A stretch of 63,597 nt of DNA, filler included, from Phoronis australis (Eukaryota > Animalia > Phoronida), in the NCBI GenBank assembly GCA_002633005.1. It is 5 parts of 5 records of this genome, joined end to end, with 100 filler letters (N's around TTAATTAATTAA, not from the genome) between each part and the next. Parts side by side here need not be neighbours in the genome. Positions count along the whole stretch, not along the records: positions 22,018 to 40,889 come from NMRA01000057.1; positions 40,990 to 55,454 come from NMRA01001200.1; 3 more parts are not named here. One strand, given 5' to 3'. The notes under the pieces were generated by a model. That model did not search any database and was not told the origin of the DNA. It worked only from the letters and a program-made list of their open reading frames with translations. Shown here one piece after another: positions 38,574 to 49,846 of the stretch (the first letter of the stretch is position 1; every line of letters begins with the position of its first letter). The translations under genes and the position numbers were made by a program.

Positions 38574-40335
38574 AGACTCTATTCACGCGGCGGACATTAA
38601 AATCCAAAGCGAGGCTCACTGCGATAAACAAAGCGGAAATTTACATTGCGTGGGTTAAATGGCCGGTCTTTGGAGTCCAACCTAAATATTAAATCTTAAA
38701 AAATGTGTCAATAATTAACCATAGAGACGTAGAAAAATACAGTTAAAGAACAAGTCAATGCAACAAAGAGTTGTCTGAAGAAAGGATATAGTTTTTTTCC
38801 GAAAAACTAGGTTCGAAACATGAAAAGTAAACATGCCCAAATTGCGGCGATCGTAGTGTTACGGATTAGGTCATTATGCTGAATGCAGGGTTACGTTTCT
38901 TCTAATAAATTCTTGATAAAAATGCTTTCTACACGAACCAGGTCATCTGGTCGTATTGTTGACGAGTTGAAGATATATTCGACAGTGGTGGCTCATAGCA
39001 TTTTCCAGTCATGTTCAATTAGTCTCATCTGGTTTAACTTGTTGATCAAGAGTAGGCCTATTAGCTTCAAGCGTAGCCTAGGTCCTGGTGAGGTAGGCAC
39101 TACCGGGACTAACAGTTGATTTGCCATTGATCTGAAATAATACTTGATGTTATTAAATATATATTTTGATTACGATAAAAAACTAGGCTCGCAATTGAAA
39201 ATAAAAATCTCGATCAAGTTGACTTTTAAAATTAAAACACCTAATTCTTTCGTCGAAAGCATAACCTCGTTTTAGAGCTCAATTTCAGTTAACTGGACAG
39301 AACACAGTGGCGGATTTAGAGGGGAGCCAATGGGGTATGCCCCAGCACCCCCCTAAAATTCTCCCAGATTCCATTTGGCAGTTCAGGAGCGCGAATTCCT
39401 GACGGGCAAAATCCTGGCCAATACTCTGCCTTGCCCCCCCCCCAACTCAAAGTCCTGGACCCCCCCTGGAACAAGCATAGTTATCATGTTTCTTCAGAGG
39501 CCTCGTTCATATCCGAGGGGAAAGGTGCCTCATGTGTGTGCGGCCTTCTGAGAGGGGAACGTTTCGCTGAGTGACGGGTCAGTGAAAACTCTACTGACCT
39601 CCCGATCACCATCAATAGCACCCCGCCTTTTCGCAAGCTCTCATAGCTCTGTCTCAAGTAGCATTTTCAGTAGCTGATCTAGGATACCATATATGCTGCC
39701 TAGTGAGGGGGGGCCCGACATCCTCGAAGAAGCGGGCAAAGCGCGATTGTATGCACGCAGGCGGCCCGGAAGTTGTGGGCGCCGAGGATGTATACCTTCT
39801 GCTCAGGAAATCTGTCGTTGGACTAAAAAAATAAAACGGAACGTGTTTTCCCCCCTCGTCCGCTACCGGTCCTAGCTCGAACTCAGTACAAGTTTCCTCC
39901 CGCTTCACGTTTTGCTGGTTTATTTTGCTTGCGGCAGTCAAGGGGGGGGGCGGGCCCCTGAGGGATTGAGAGCCCTGTCCTTTTTGTAAAGAAAAATGCA
40001 TCGCGCTTCAATTCAACCCATAGTCATGAAAACACAGCCTGGCTGGCCGAAGATTCTCCGGTCCTCGTTGCTATGGCGGCATCCAGTCCGAGATGCGACA
40101 AATTATGATTCGAAAACAGTTATAATTTTTACACGGACATATTTTCCTTCGTCGCGGCGTATGGCAAGGACCCAACGCTTCCGAATCCCAACGTCCTTAG
40201 GGATTGTAAAACAGAGTGTCTGTATTTTTTCTAGCTGTTCGAGCAACGCGGAGTACAACTACGCGGATAAGTCACCAGAGCTATCGTAGCGAGCCTCGTT
40301 TTGGAACGCGCCTCCTGTCGGTGTGAATAGGGTCT
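38574..40335. mobile_element. Non-autonomous TIR element (ISL2EU/Harbinger-like, AT flanks) with nested MITEs
   Basis: AT|AGACTCTATTCAC ... GTGAATAGGGTCT|AT; the left part recurs at ~19600-19820; nested MITEs at 39305-39468 and ~39668-39977. Confidence 0.6.
39305..39468 (+). mobile_element. MITE (CAGTGGCGGATTTAG family) with 5-bp TSD GAACA
   Basis: gaaca|cagtggcggatttag...cctggaccccccctg|gaaca. Confidence 0.75.
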
Positions 40336-40889
40336 ATAGTGCGCATCATATAGTGTTATTCCCCAGCACACCGCCACGATACTTACTGGACACGGTTCAG
40401 TGATCTGCGGCGGAGCATTTTTGCCACATAACTGATTCTTAAAACATTTGTCAACTTTCGAACTACTTCATATTCACATGGTCGACAGTTGTTGTGTCTG
40501 TAACTAATTTGGCCAAGCCATTTGAGAAATAAGTAATTAGCCTACAAATTCCGTTTTAAGACCGGCCACTAGCTACATGTACGTCATCAGCGAGGATTAT
40601 TTTCAGTAATGTTCTGTCGCATTGCAACACGATTTCCTGTGAATATCTAAAAAGAAGTTAAGACCCCACTCCAAAGTTACACAGTATAAAAACGACTGTT
40701 ATCTACTAATGAAATTATATAAGATCAAATCTTCTATCTTTTTAGTTGCAGTCCTGGTATTTCTTTTATCCATTATTATCACTAGCCAATCTAATACCAT
40801 TACCATTATTGTCATTCCAACTTGTTAAAAGGTTCACCATTTTGAACACAACCATGATCGAAAAATAAGTAGCCAAGAATTAGTAGACA

Positions 40890-40989
40890 NNNNNNNNNNN
40901 NNNNNNNNNNNNNNNNNNNNNNNNNNNNNNNNNTTAATTAATTAANNNNNNNNNNNNNNNNNNNNNNNNNNNNNNNNNNNNNNNNNNNN
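40890..40989. other. Artificial assembly spacer
   Basis: N44-TTAATTAATTAA-N44. Confidence 0.95.
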
Positions 40990-41036
40990 ATCAAGACTAT
41001 GAGCAGGATAACCAGGAAGGTCAACATGTCGACAAT
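40990..41036 (-). CDS. TRPM: TRPM channel exon (S5 start, truncated by contig end)
   Basis: cag|IVDMLTFLVILLIVL, in phase after ...TMVFKM. Confidence 0.75.
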
Positions 41037-41780
41037 CTGCAAAAAGACGTCAAATACTCTGTCGCAAGCAGAAGCATGTTCCAAGTGTTGGTTACCTTTT
41101 TTACCCAATTTGTTCAAAGGACCAGGTTGTCATCATTTTCAAAATTGCTGAGGGTAAGTTTTGTGGATAAGACAGCTAAAATTCAAATAAATCTAAACTG
41201 TTCAAGCAGCGTAACAAATCATGACCTGTAATCAAGGTAGGGAAAATCATCACAACCACATATCCAACTGTTAATAATAATAATAATAATGAGAAAAAAA
41301 ATCAGTCGCGGTCACTGTAAAAAAATCTGATCTGCAGTTATTGGTAGAGAACATATGCTTTTGGGGATTTTTTGCACCCAAATCAAAGGTCACGATTCGT
41401 TTTGATGTAAAACGCGCAAAAAATTTCTGTAAATTAAATTTTAGCCATATCACTTCTGTGACTACAAGATACCAATATGGGGGAAGCCTTGATAATACAT
41501 GAGTGAATTCCAAGCTGGAATGGTTCAGACCACAGTTTTTAAGCGCGATCAAATAGAGCAGAGGGCTGACCACAACACTCAAAAAGCCCGGTGAGAACAC
41601 TGACAAAGAAAAGTACCAAGAGGATTGCAGTGACATAAAATTGCACTAATGAAGTTCTGCATCAGAGCTTTGAAAACATGAAATGTTGTTTAAACCCTTA
41701 GAAAAATAAAAAAAGCAAAATCTTTGTTGGTTATTATTTCAAATTGTTTCAAATTGGTGGCATTTAGACACGATACTCAC

Positions 41781-42035
41781 CATTTTGAACACCATGGTGA
41801 CGTACGGCCCGAGATGCTTGCTGACAGCAAACAGATCGAGTAGACGGATATACCAGAACATGACATTAAGACAGTACATGACACGACCGATCATGTGCAT
41901 GTCAGTGGACGGTTGAAACCGCAGCGCCACGGCGACGACAAACATCCAGGTGGCGATGGTATCCAGGACATTCCAGCCATCACTAAAGAACACGCTGAAC
42001 TTCTGCAACAGCTTGACTGGCTCCGAGGATATAAC
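41781..42035 (-). CDS. TRPM: TRPM channel exon (S3-S4 and S4-S5 linker)
   Basis: VISSEPVKLLQKF...WNVLD...GRVMYCLNVMFWYIRLLDLFAVSKHLGPYVTMVFKM, TRPM1/3/6/7-like; canonical AG/GT. Confidence 0.92.
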
Positions 42036-42533
42036 CTGAGGAAACACAGGGATTGGTCAATTTACGAGACAATATGGAGGACACCATCACATTTTCAATA
42101 CACCAATGAGATTTTAGTGGCACACGAGATAGAATTTAATACTTTACAAGTTCAAGCACAAGGGGTCATGAACCCGCCTTCAGTCCAATTAACAGCTTTT
42201 TATATAGGTCACATGTCCATAATAAAATTGGTCTCAAGTTCCACTTTACTTTAGTTTAGCACAGACAGCACAGACAAGTCCACTAGACACTTCTAATATT
42301 AGCACGGAAAAGTTGGGACCAGACCAGTTTTCATTCCGTCAACGAAAACTAATTTTGATGCAAATATGGAATTCACATTGAGTACTTCGAGAAAAAATCA
42401 AAATCTAAAACAATCAGGCAAAAAATAAGTGCGTTTAAAAGACACTTGTAAACATGAAGTTAACAAAACTTTATCTGTTCACATCACGGCTGCTATAACT
42501 GACCAATAGAAGGAATCAGTCAATACGACCCAC

Positions 42534-42668
42534 CTCTCGCACTTTCTCAATAATAAGCGTGAATATGTAGAGAATGACGAACATCTCTGGAGATGACGGG
42601 TGTAGGCCGGGCTTCATCTCTACCAACACTACGTACGTATAGACGACAACAAAGGCCAGATACATCAT
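42534..42668 (-). CDS. TRPM: TRPM channel exon (S1-S2)
   Basis: MMYLAFVVVYTYVVLVEMKPGLHPSSPEMFVILYIFTLIIEKVRE; phase 0-0, joins 42035. Confidence 0.85.
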
Positions 42669-42961
42669 CTGTAAACAGTAACGAAAACCTGGTCCTGAGT
42701 TTTAACAAGGGCTCTACAGAGAGAGTATCTCTGTCTCAATAGGGCCAGCACAGCTAGCACAGAAGGTCGATCAAATACTACCGCAACCAATTTTTTTGTG
42801 AGTAGTTCTTTGTTTTGCTAACGAAATTGAAGACTGAACGTAATTACAGTCAATGTGCTCAAGGTTAAACAGAAATGTAGAGAAGGTAACGGAAGGTAAC
42901 TCATATGGCAGCTATGCCGAGAGACACCAGAGTAGCTGGGGGACCTGTCTCAGGCTACATA

Positions 42962-43520
42962 CAGGGCTTGGAATGACAAATGGCGAAAATTTTTACGGCC
43001 CGAAACATGTGCGCAGCCGGCCTTGCAAAAGTCGGTGTGGACCTTTTGCAGACAGGAATCGAGAGGACTAGAAAAAAAAAAATGGTACCACCTCCGGAAG
43101 CGTGCGTCTGCGTCTGTCTTAGCTCGTCCGCCACTCCCGCCTCCAAACATTTTTGGCTCCATAGTCGTTGTATTTGACACCGCGGTTTACAATCATATCC
43201 CGCCTCCAAACATTTTTGGCTGCAGAGTCGTAGTATTTGACACCACGGTTTACAATCATACGAGCCGCCATTGAGGAAATCCACCATGCTTTTTCCCAGA
43301 TGCCCCGGCAATGTTGACAATTTACGTTCCTCCGAAACATAAAGAGCAACTTCCGCTTTTCGAGGTGAAAGTCGTCGGCAACGCGGCGGTAAGAAAGAAA
43401 TTTGCCGCGGAAATTTTATACGAAATCCGATTTTTTTTACGCGGAAATATAATAAAATACGCGGAAAGAACATTTGAAAAAAGCGGAAATCCGCGTTTGC
43501 GCGGAAAATTCCAAGCCCTG
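42962..43520. mobile_element. TIR element (CAGGGCTTGGAAT ends) with an internal ~60-bp tandem duplication
   Basis: Perfect 13-bp TIR; inverted sister copy at 55921-56423; no TSD visible. Confidence 0.75.
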
Positions 43521-44192
43521 GATATAACATTTTGAGCGTTACATGACCTTTGCACTAATTGACCTTATCCGGTGCATTTTAAGCATCTTTAGGAGAATTA
43601 TTGCAAAGCCCATGGAAAATGTGTTTAACGCTGAGAATCACAGTTGTCTAACGGTTGACACATCAGAATACTTGCTGATTGAAAAGGTCAAATTTTCAGA
43701 AGAAAAATGCACCTAATGACCCCATGTTTGCACTAAATGACCTGAAACTTTGGATTCCGATTTGATTTACCTGAGGCAATCAGACCTGTCAATTTGAAGT
43801 GTCTAGCTCAAAATTTTATTTTGCACCTAATGAACTTTGACCTATTTCACCTGATTGGATGACTTGATTAATACTTAGAAAAGTAATTTTTTAAATTGTC
43901 ATGTTGACTTATACCTGTGCACCAAATTTGAAAAAGATAGCTTTAAAACTGAAGTAGTAGCATTTTGAAAATTATATGACCTTTGCACCAAACGACCTCT
44001 TCCGGTGCAATATGGAATATGGTTATACAACCAATCAAAATTTATATACTGAATTTAAAGACCGTACCTGCACCCAATTTGGAGTTATTAAGCCTCAAAG
44101 TTGGTCGGAAGAAGAATAAGAAGAAGAATAAGAATAAAATTGAAGAAAACCCAGGAACAACAGTACTCTGCGCTTACACGCGCAGAGTAAAT
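43521..44192 (+). mobile_element. Helentron/HINE-like non-autonomous element (3' part)
   Basis: tgacc-rich subrepeats, (aagaagaat)n tract and terminal hairpin actctgcg-cttacacg-cgcagagt. Confidence 0.55.
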
Positions 44193-44209
44193 AGCCCTAC
44201 TAGACATAC

Positions 44210-44361
44210 CTTAGAGAACAATACGGTTAGATGCGTTTCACTGCCCAGCACCCAGACAGGATAACAAGGGTTCTTCAGATACCAGCCCACTTCGCAGTAT
44301 CGTAGATGTTCTAGTTGTGTTAGGAAGCCGACGGTAGACTGGCGACAGATTCCTTGCAATT
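44210..44361 (-). CDS. MINDY3: MINDY-3 (FAM188A) deubiquitinase internal exon with catalytic His
   Basis: LQGICRQSTVGFLTQLEHLRYCEVGWYLKNPCYPVWVLGSETHLTVLFSK; canonical AG/GT. Confidence 0.88.
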
Positions 44362-44487
44362 CTAGAATAGGGCTTTATTCATTCATTTCACTGTTAACAT
44401 TACTTTCATTACTATGACCAAAACCTACGCTTGTCAAGGTATTACAGACGTCACTTATGCAGAGTACATGGTTGAATTGATCATAAC

Positions 44488-44905
44488 CAGGGTCCGGTCT
44501 CCAATCTTTTTACTCGAAATGGAACTCGAAATTAGGTTTGGCATTTTGTACTCTACTTTTGGGCGAACTCAAGATAAGTGTCTATTATTCTATGCTCGAG
44601 TACACAATAACTTAGTAATACGTGGATAATTTATTGCCCTTAGTTCACAGTTTGTAAACCCAATATTAAAGCAATAAGTTTGAGTTTGAACTCGNNNNNN
44701 NATTTCGAGTTTTTATTCGAGTTTGTAGCACGAATATAAGGGTCTTCAAGGGCAAACTTGAACTAGAAACTCCTATGCATAAACTATAATGTATTCGAGC
44801 ACAGTCTGATTACCAATTATCTTAAGTTCGCACAAAAGGAGCAGAGAAATTGCCAAAAATAGTTTCGAGTTCGTTTCGAGTACAAAGATTAGAGACCGGG
44901 CACTG
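44488..44905. mobile_element. MITE with ~45-bp imperfect TIRs
   Basis: cagggtccggtctccaatctttttactcgaaatggaactcgaaa / tttcgagttcgtttcgagtacaaagattagagaccgggcactg. Confidence 0.65.
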
Positions 44906-45275
44906 GACTTGGAATATAACTGGTAACTAGTTATTGCCTGTGGCAATGGTCAATCAATTTCCTTGCCATTTTGTGCTCAGAACATGACTTAGGCACACAC
45001 TGCCATTTCTGCATCATGATGGTCAATTCTGTTCTCAGATACTTTTCACTTAATTACGACTTAAAGTGACAGACCATGATGCGTCCTAATGGATGTAATC
45101 TGCACAACATTCTATTTGTAAAGTTACTGAGAACGTTGACCTGTGACATCATTTTGTCCATTTTCTTTTGACAAAAATTAGTTGCAATTTTTAAAAGGAT
45201 TTTAATTGACTTAGTGGCCAGGTTTTTCAAAACAGGAAAATGTATTCTGTACTAAGAAGTCTCATTCCTTTTTAG

Positions 45276-46039
45276 GCAAAATCACAGCATCAATAGCCGG
45301 TGCTATATTGAAGCAAAGGGCAAGCACACCTCCAGATGTCATGATAAGGAAGGTGATGCAGTATGGGCCACATATCACCGTAAAGGCCTGTGAACATGGT
45401 GTTCAATACGAAAAGCTGGCCATGACTGTTTATCAGACACTGCATGAGTTGGGCGGACGAGATGTCCAATTAAAAGATAGCGGTTTTGTCATCAGTAAAG
45501 ACCACCAGTTCCTTGGAGCTACTGTAGATGGGATAGCCTCATTCGAAGGACAAGAGTGGAACATTGAGGTGAAGTGTCCATATGATGAGGCTGGGAAGCC
45601 TCTACTGTTACTGCAAGACAGCCGAAAGTCATTTTACTTAACTGACAAGGAACAAAGCAGTGATGTCCTTCAAACATCTGAAATGCATTGGTTTCATGTG
45701 GGTGTGGAAATTGACACAAAAAAATTGGAGCCCCCGAAGTCATTGAATTTAAACATCAGTCATCACTTTTACACCCAAATACAGATGCAGATGGGTGTAA
45801 CAGGTCGCAAGTGGTGTGACTTTGTCGTTTTTAATGTAAATGTTTTAATGTTACCATGTGTCACTGGTCAAATTTTCATTCAGCGGGTTTTTTTTGACCA
45901 AGATTTTTATGATAATAAGCTTGTGCCAAAGATGAAACATTTTTACGAGTATGGTGTTGTGCCAGAGTTGCTGACCAACAGAGTAAGGGATGGTGCAAAA
46001 TTGTATCCGAACTCTGAGAAGTACAAGTACAGATGTTGA
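45276..46039 (+). CDS. YqaJ/lambda-exonuclease-like PD-(D/E)xK nuclease, last exon (ISL2EU accessory gene)
   Basis: ag| then KITAS...HGVQYE...SGFVISKDHQFLGATVDG...IEVKCPY...FYTQIQMQMGVTGRKWCDFVVF; upstream exons not found. Confidence 0.88.
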
Positions 46040-47293
46040 GGATTGAGCTTATGTATTACAAGTGCACTTGTGTGCCACATATTTCCAATTTCATTGTTTT
46101 TGTATTCATTTTAGGACCTGCTTCTTTGTGGTCAAACTGCTTGTAGGATCACTGAAAATTAACTGGTGTATTTTTGCTGAGAATAACATGACCTTTTTTG
46201 TTTTTTTGAAGGGTCTATTGACTTTGCTGCCTTGAATTTTTTTGCATCAGCGGTTGTATCTTGTTAACCCTATGAGGAGTTTTTGGGAATGTGACAGATT
46301 TCGACAACATTCAGGGAAATCCGACTTTGCATTTGTTTTAAAGTTAAGCTCATATTTCCTCCACAAAATGTTGTGGAAACTGGAATATTTTCGCTAGTTG
46401 TAACCTCGGCATCACATTTATCATTTTCTAGTCACTTTTCTGTGCCGGCGTCTGTATTCGTTAAACTTGTAAGGGATATAAAGAAACTGGTAACTAGACA
46501 AGCCATTTTGATTTCCATCCTTTTCATTCAGCGCTTTGTGACTTTTTGACAGTGATAGACACCCTTATATATGGGTATATTTTGGTGCTGTGTATTGCTG
46601 TTGTTTTATGAGATACCATTTAAGAGATTTTGCCAGATTGTTTAAATCTATATAATCTGAAAATTCGATATCCCAGAAGTGTGTTTTAATGTATTCTTAT
46701 GTCTGATGCTGCTTGTCCATGTTGGGAGCCAGGTATGAGGCACATTTGAGTGCAATATGAGATATATTTGTGTTAAACCTGTATATAATAAACAGACCGT
46801 TTGCTCTTAATGCTGTGGTGTTAACTCTGTTTATATAAGTTTTGTGATCTAGTTCACCTACAGGATTAAACGTATAAATATATTGTTTTTCCGAAAACCA
46901 AATTACTTTGAGATGCTCCTGCGTTACAATATTGTCACTGGAACTTGTAAATTGACCCTTCTGATGTACATTTATAAACTCAACAACAAAGGTTCATAAA
47001 AAGCAGCTTTTGTCTAATGACGTTCCTTGCATCATCTTTCAGCCTGTTTACTGTTTAACACTCATTGCTTCGAACTACAGACAAGTGGTTTGCATGCAAA
47101 TATCACTTTAAGCAAATGGACCAATCACAAGTTAACCAACATACTGGTTTTCATAAAGAGGTACTAGAAAGACTACAGTAGATAAATGTGGATGTTTATT
47201 GATTTTAATATTAATTTTTGAAAAGTGAAAAAATACATGTCAGTGAGTGGTTGAACACCGATGTTTTCCATTATAGTCAGATCAGGTGCCATA

Positions 47294-49846
47294 TCAGGTA
47301 CCAACTATCCCTTCATTTGTGAAGTTTACCAGGTAACTACATATAACCCATATTTTGTTCAGTTCCGAAGCCATGCTATTAGGAAAAACATATTGCAGTA
47401 TTCTGTAATTCTTGATTCTTTCGATTACCCTCTCCACATGGATGCGTAGTCTGGCAATTCGTCTGGTTTCGTCCTCCTCGCTGACTGACAACTGGTCTTT
47501 GCCATTTAAGAATGGAGGTATATTAAGCTTTACTTGTTTTTGAGCTAAATACCCATCGATTAAAAAACCTCGGTCAGCCATGACCGAGTCTCCTGACTCG
47601 AGACCTTCGATTAACCCGCTTTTTTCTGTGACTTCCTTGTCAGATGCCCTTCCAGGAGCCAAGTCACTTATGTGAGTGATGAACCCATTTGGGGAAATGC
47701 CAATAAGTCCTTTGGCAGTGTTGTGGCTCTTATATGAGCTGTACGTTTCTGATTGTACACGAAAATGAGAAGGTGTTTCGATATATATCTCAGTGCAGTC
47801 AAGAATAACACGTGTACTGGGATATTCCTGTTTGAAACACTCCGGCATATACTCATCTGTAATGTCTTTGGGTAACCATATGGGTATCTCACGGAAGCGA
47901 CGGTGCAGCAAATCGAAGTATGTCTTGCAAATACGCGAAACTGTTGATGAGTTGATAGAAAACCTGGAAAGGTTTTAAGAAATATTTTTAAGTTAACATG
48001 GTTTTAAAAATGTATTAGTGTATTTACATCATCATTTAGCCTACTATTATTTATATTGACACGATTTATTTGCTGCTAATATAGCCATGTCCAGGTGTTG
48101 CAGCATTCTTTGAAGAAAAAGCATAGGTGTATGGTGCACTTATGGTCAGCAAAAAGTAATTTTTTATGTTTACTTTGCACAGGAAGTTGTCATCATAGGT
48201 CACCTGAGGATACCATTTACCCATGCTTGCTCTGAGAACACTAACACTGACTAATAGGCGGAATTGGGAGGGGGGCGGCCCCCCCCCTGGCTGCCGCAAA
48301 AAAAAACAGCAAAGGCGTGAGGAAATATTGAGATTAATGAACCCCAGTAACAAACATGTGGTTGAAACAAGATTTAACAAAGTATGCAGGCTTAGTTGGT
48401 CCAGTTTCCCGTTTTTCTTTTGTTAGTAAAGGACCACATTCTCCGAAATTCGAGCCCCCTACTGGAAGCTTGCATGCAACCTTGCCTTGCCAGAGACATA
48501 ATGTTGCCCCCCTTACGATATCCTAGATCTGCCACTGTGACTTGACAATGGCTGTAGAAATTACTAGCCGAAATGTTGTGGCAATGTCAATGGCCTATGA
48601 ATTTGGTGTGAATAGACCAATGGATTATTACCACCACATCACCAAATGATGGCTGGTTGAAGAAGATACTTTGTTCAAGTCTTAGCAATAGTGATAGTAT
48701 CGAAAAGTAACGCCAGTGTCACAAGAAAATAACAGACACTGCATAACAAAAAATTGGAATGCCAAGCCTTCCATACAAAGTCACTCAATTGAAATGAGGT
48801 GTTTTCATATGCCTGTAATGATAATGTCCAATTAATATTGTGCATCATCAAATTGACCTTGAGCTAGAATTTAATATTTCGTTTAATTACCTGTATGCAA
48901 GATCTTTCTCCAGCAATCCAACTCTCAACCGGCACAAAACCATGAACAGTTCATCTTGAGGTGAAAGCGCTCTTTTTCGAGGACCAGGGTTGTCTGGGTT
49001 CTTGAGTGATGATCCCCAATAAATTAAATGTTTTATGTCTTCCTGTAAAAACTTGTACAAGACCATGAAATGATTATAATCATTGAAGCCGGTGTAAAAA
49101 TGTATTGCCCCAGGTTTGTTTCTTATTCCATCCAAGCCAAATACATGGGATTGTAGTTTATGTTTGTTCTTTTCTAACTCCAATTTTGCCAGTCGATATT
49201 TCCTTTGCCACTTCCTCATTTCTAGACCAAATTTTCTAGTTGTGAGTAGCTCTTGTTTATATGCAGAACACTCATTCTTAACCTTTGACAGCTCTTCCTC
49301 TAGTTCACTAATTCTTGAGCCCATGCTCTCGATAATTTCATCCTTTTTCCTTACACAATTTATCAAAGTGCTTTCGCTGTCATCCGGTAAACAGTAGCTG
49401 TGATCATAATCTAGGTAGGCGGAAGCCGATGTGCTGTCCAGTTGACTTTCACATTCTTGAACCAACACAAAATCGTCCTCAAAATTGCTCACATCAGCTG
49501 AGTTCTGGTCAAGCGAAATCGAGTTTTTCTTCACTACCCTCCGCCGTGGAGTACTTGTTGCTGTTACTTTCAAGGGAAATATAGTAGGACAGTTACCAAG
49601 ATACGTTTTTTTCCCGCCCTCAAAATGAGCGCTACATACCCTATGCCCGGTAGTCGGAACGAATTCACTAAATCGCCCTTTGCTTCCAGCTCTACCGATG
49701 TTTTTGAGCCATTTTTTACACAGTTCTTGGTCCTTGGGAAATCGATGATAACTAAATTCTTTATCTCGCTTAGTGTTATTATAGCAGCCAGGCACACAAC
49801 ACGTATAACCTCCCCGTAGCCCGTTCGCCCGCACGGTTGCCAACAT
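47294..49846 (-). CDS. ISL2EU-type transposase: THAP + coiled coil + HTH + DDE_Tnp_4; join(49846..48891,47963..47294), 541 aa
   Basis: CCVPGCYNN...YHRFP...W...VCSAHF (THAP); LSPQDELFMVLCRLRVGL; the splice gives DLAYR-FSINSSTVSRI in frame; ILDCTEI, YKSHNTAK, GRASD, VMADRGF, RIHVERVI. Confidence 0.92.
48253..48537 (+). mobile_element. MITE with 5-bp TSD TGACT inside the transposase intron
   Basis: tgact|aataggcgga...cctagatctgccactg|tgact. Confidence 0.75.

Noticed and set aside
42950-43555. Cluster of overlapping ORFs up to 191 aa
   Set aside because: Lies within a non-coding TIR repeat; frames are not conserved in the 55921 copy.
44367-44385. AT|AGGGC as the missing ISL2EU left TIR
   Set aside because: Only 4 nt match the right terminus, and it coincides with the MINDY3 acceptor region.
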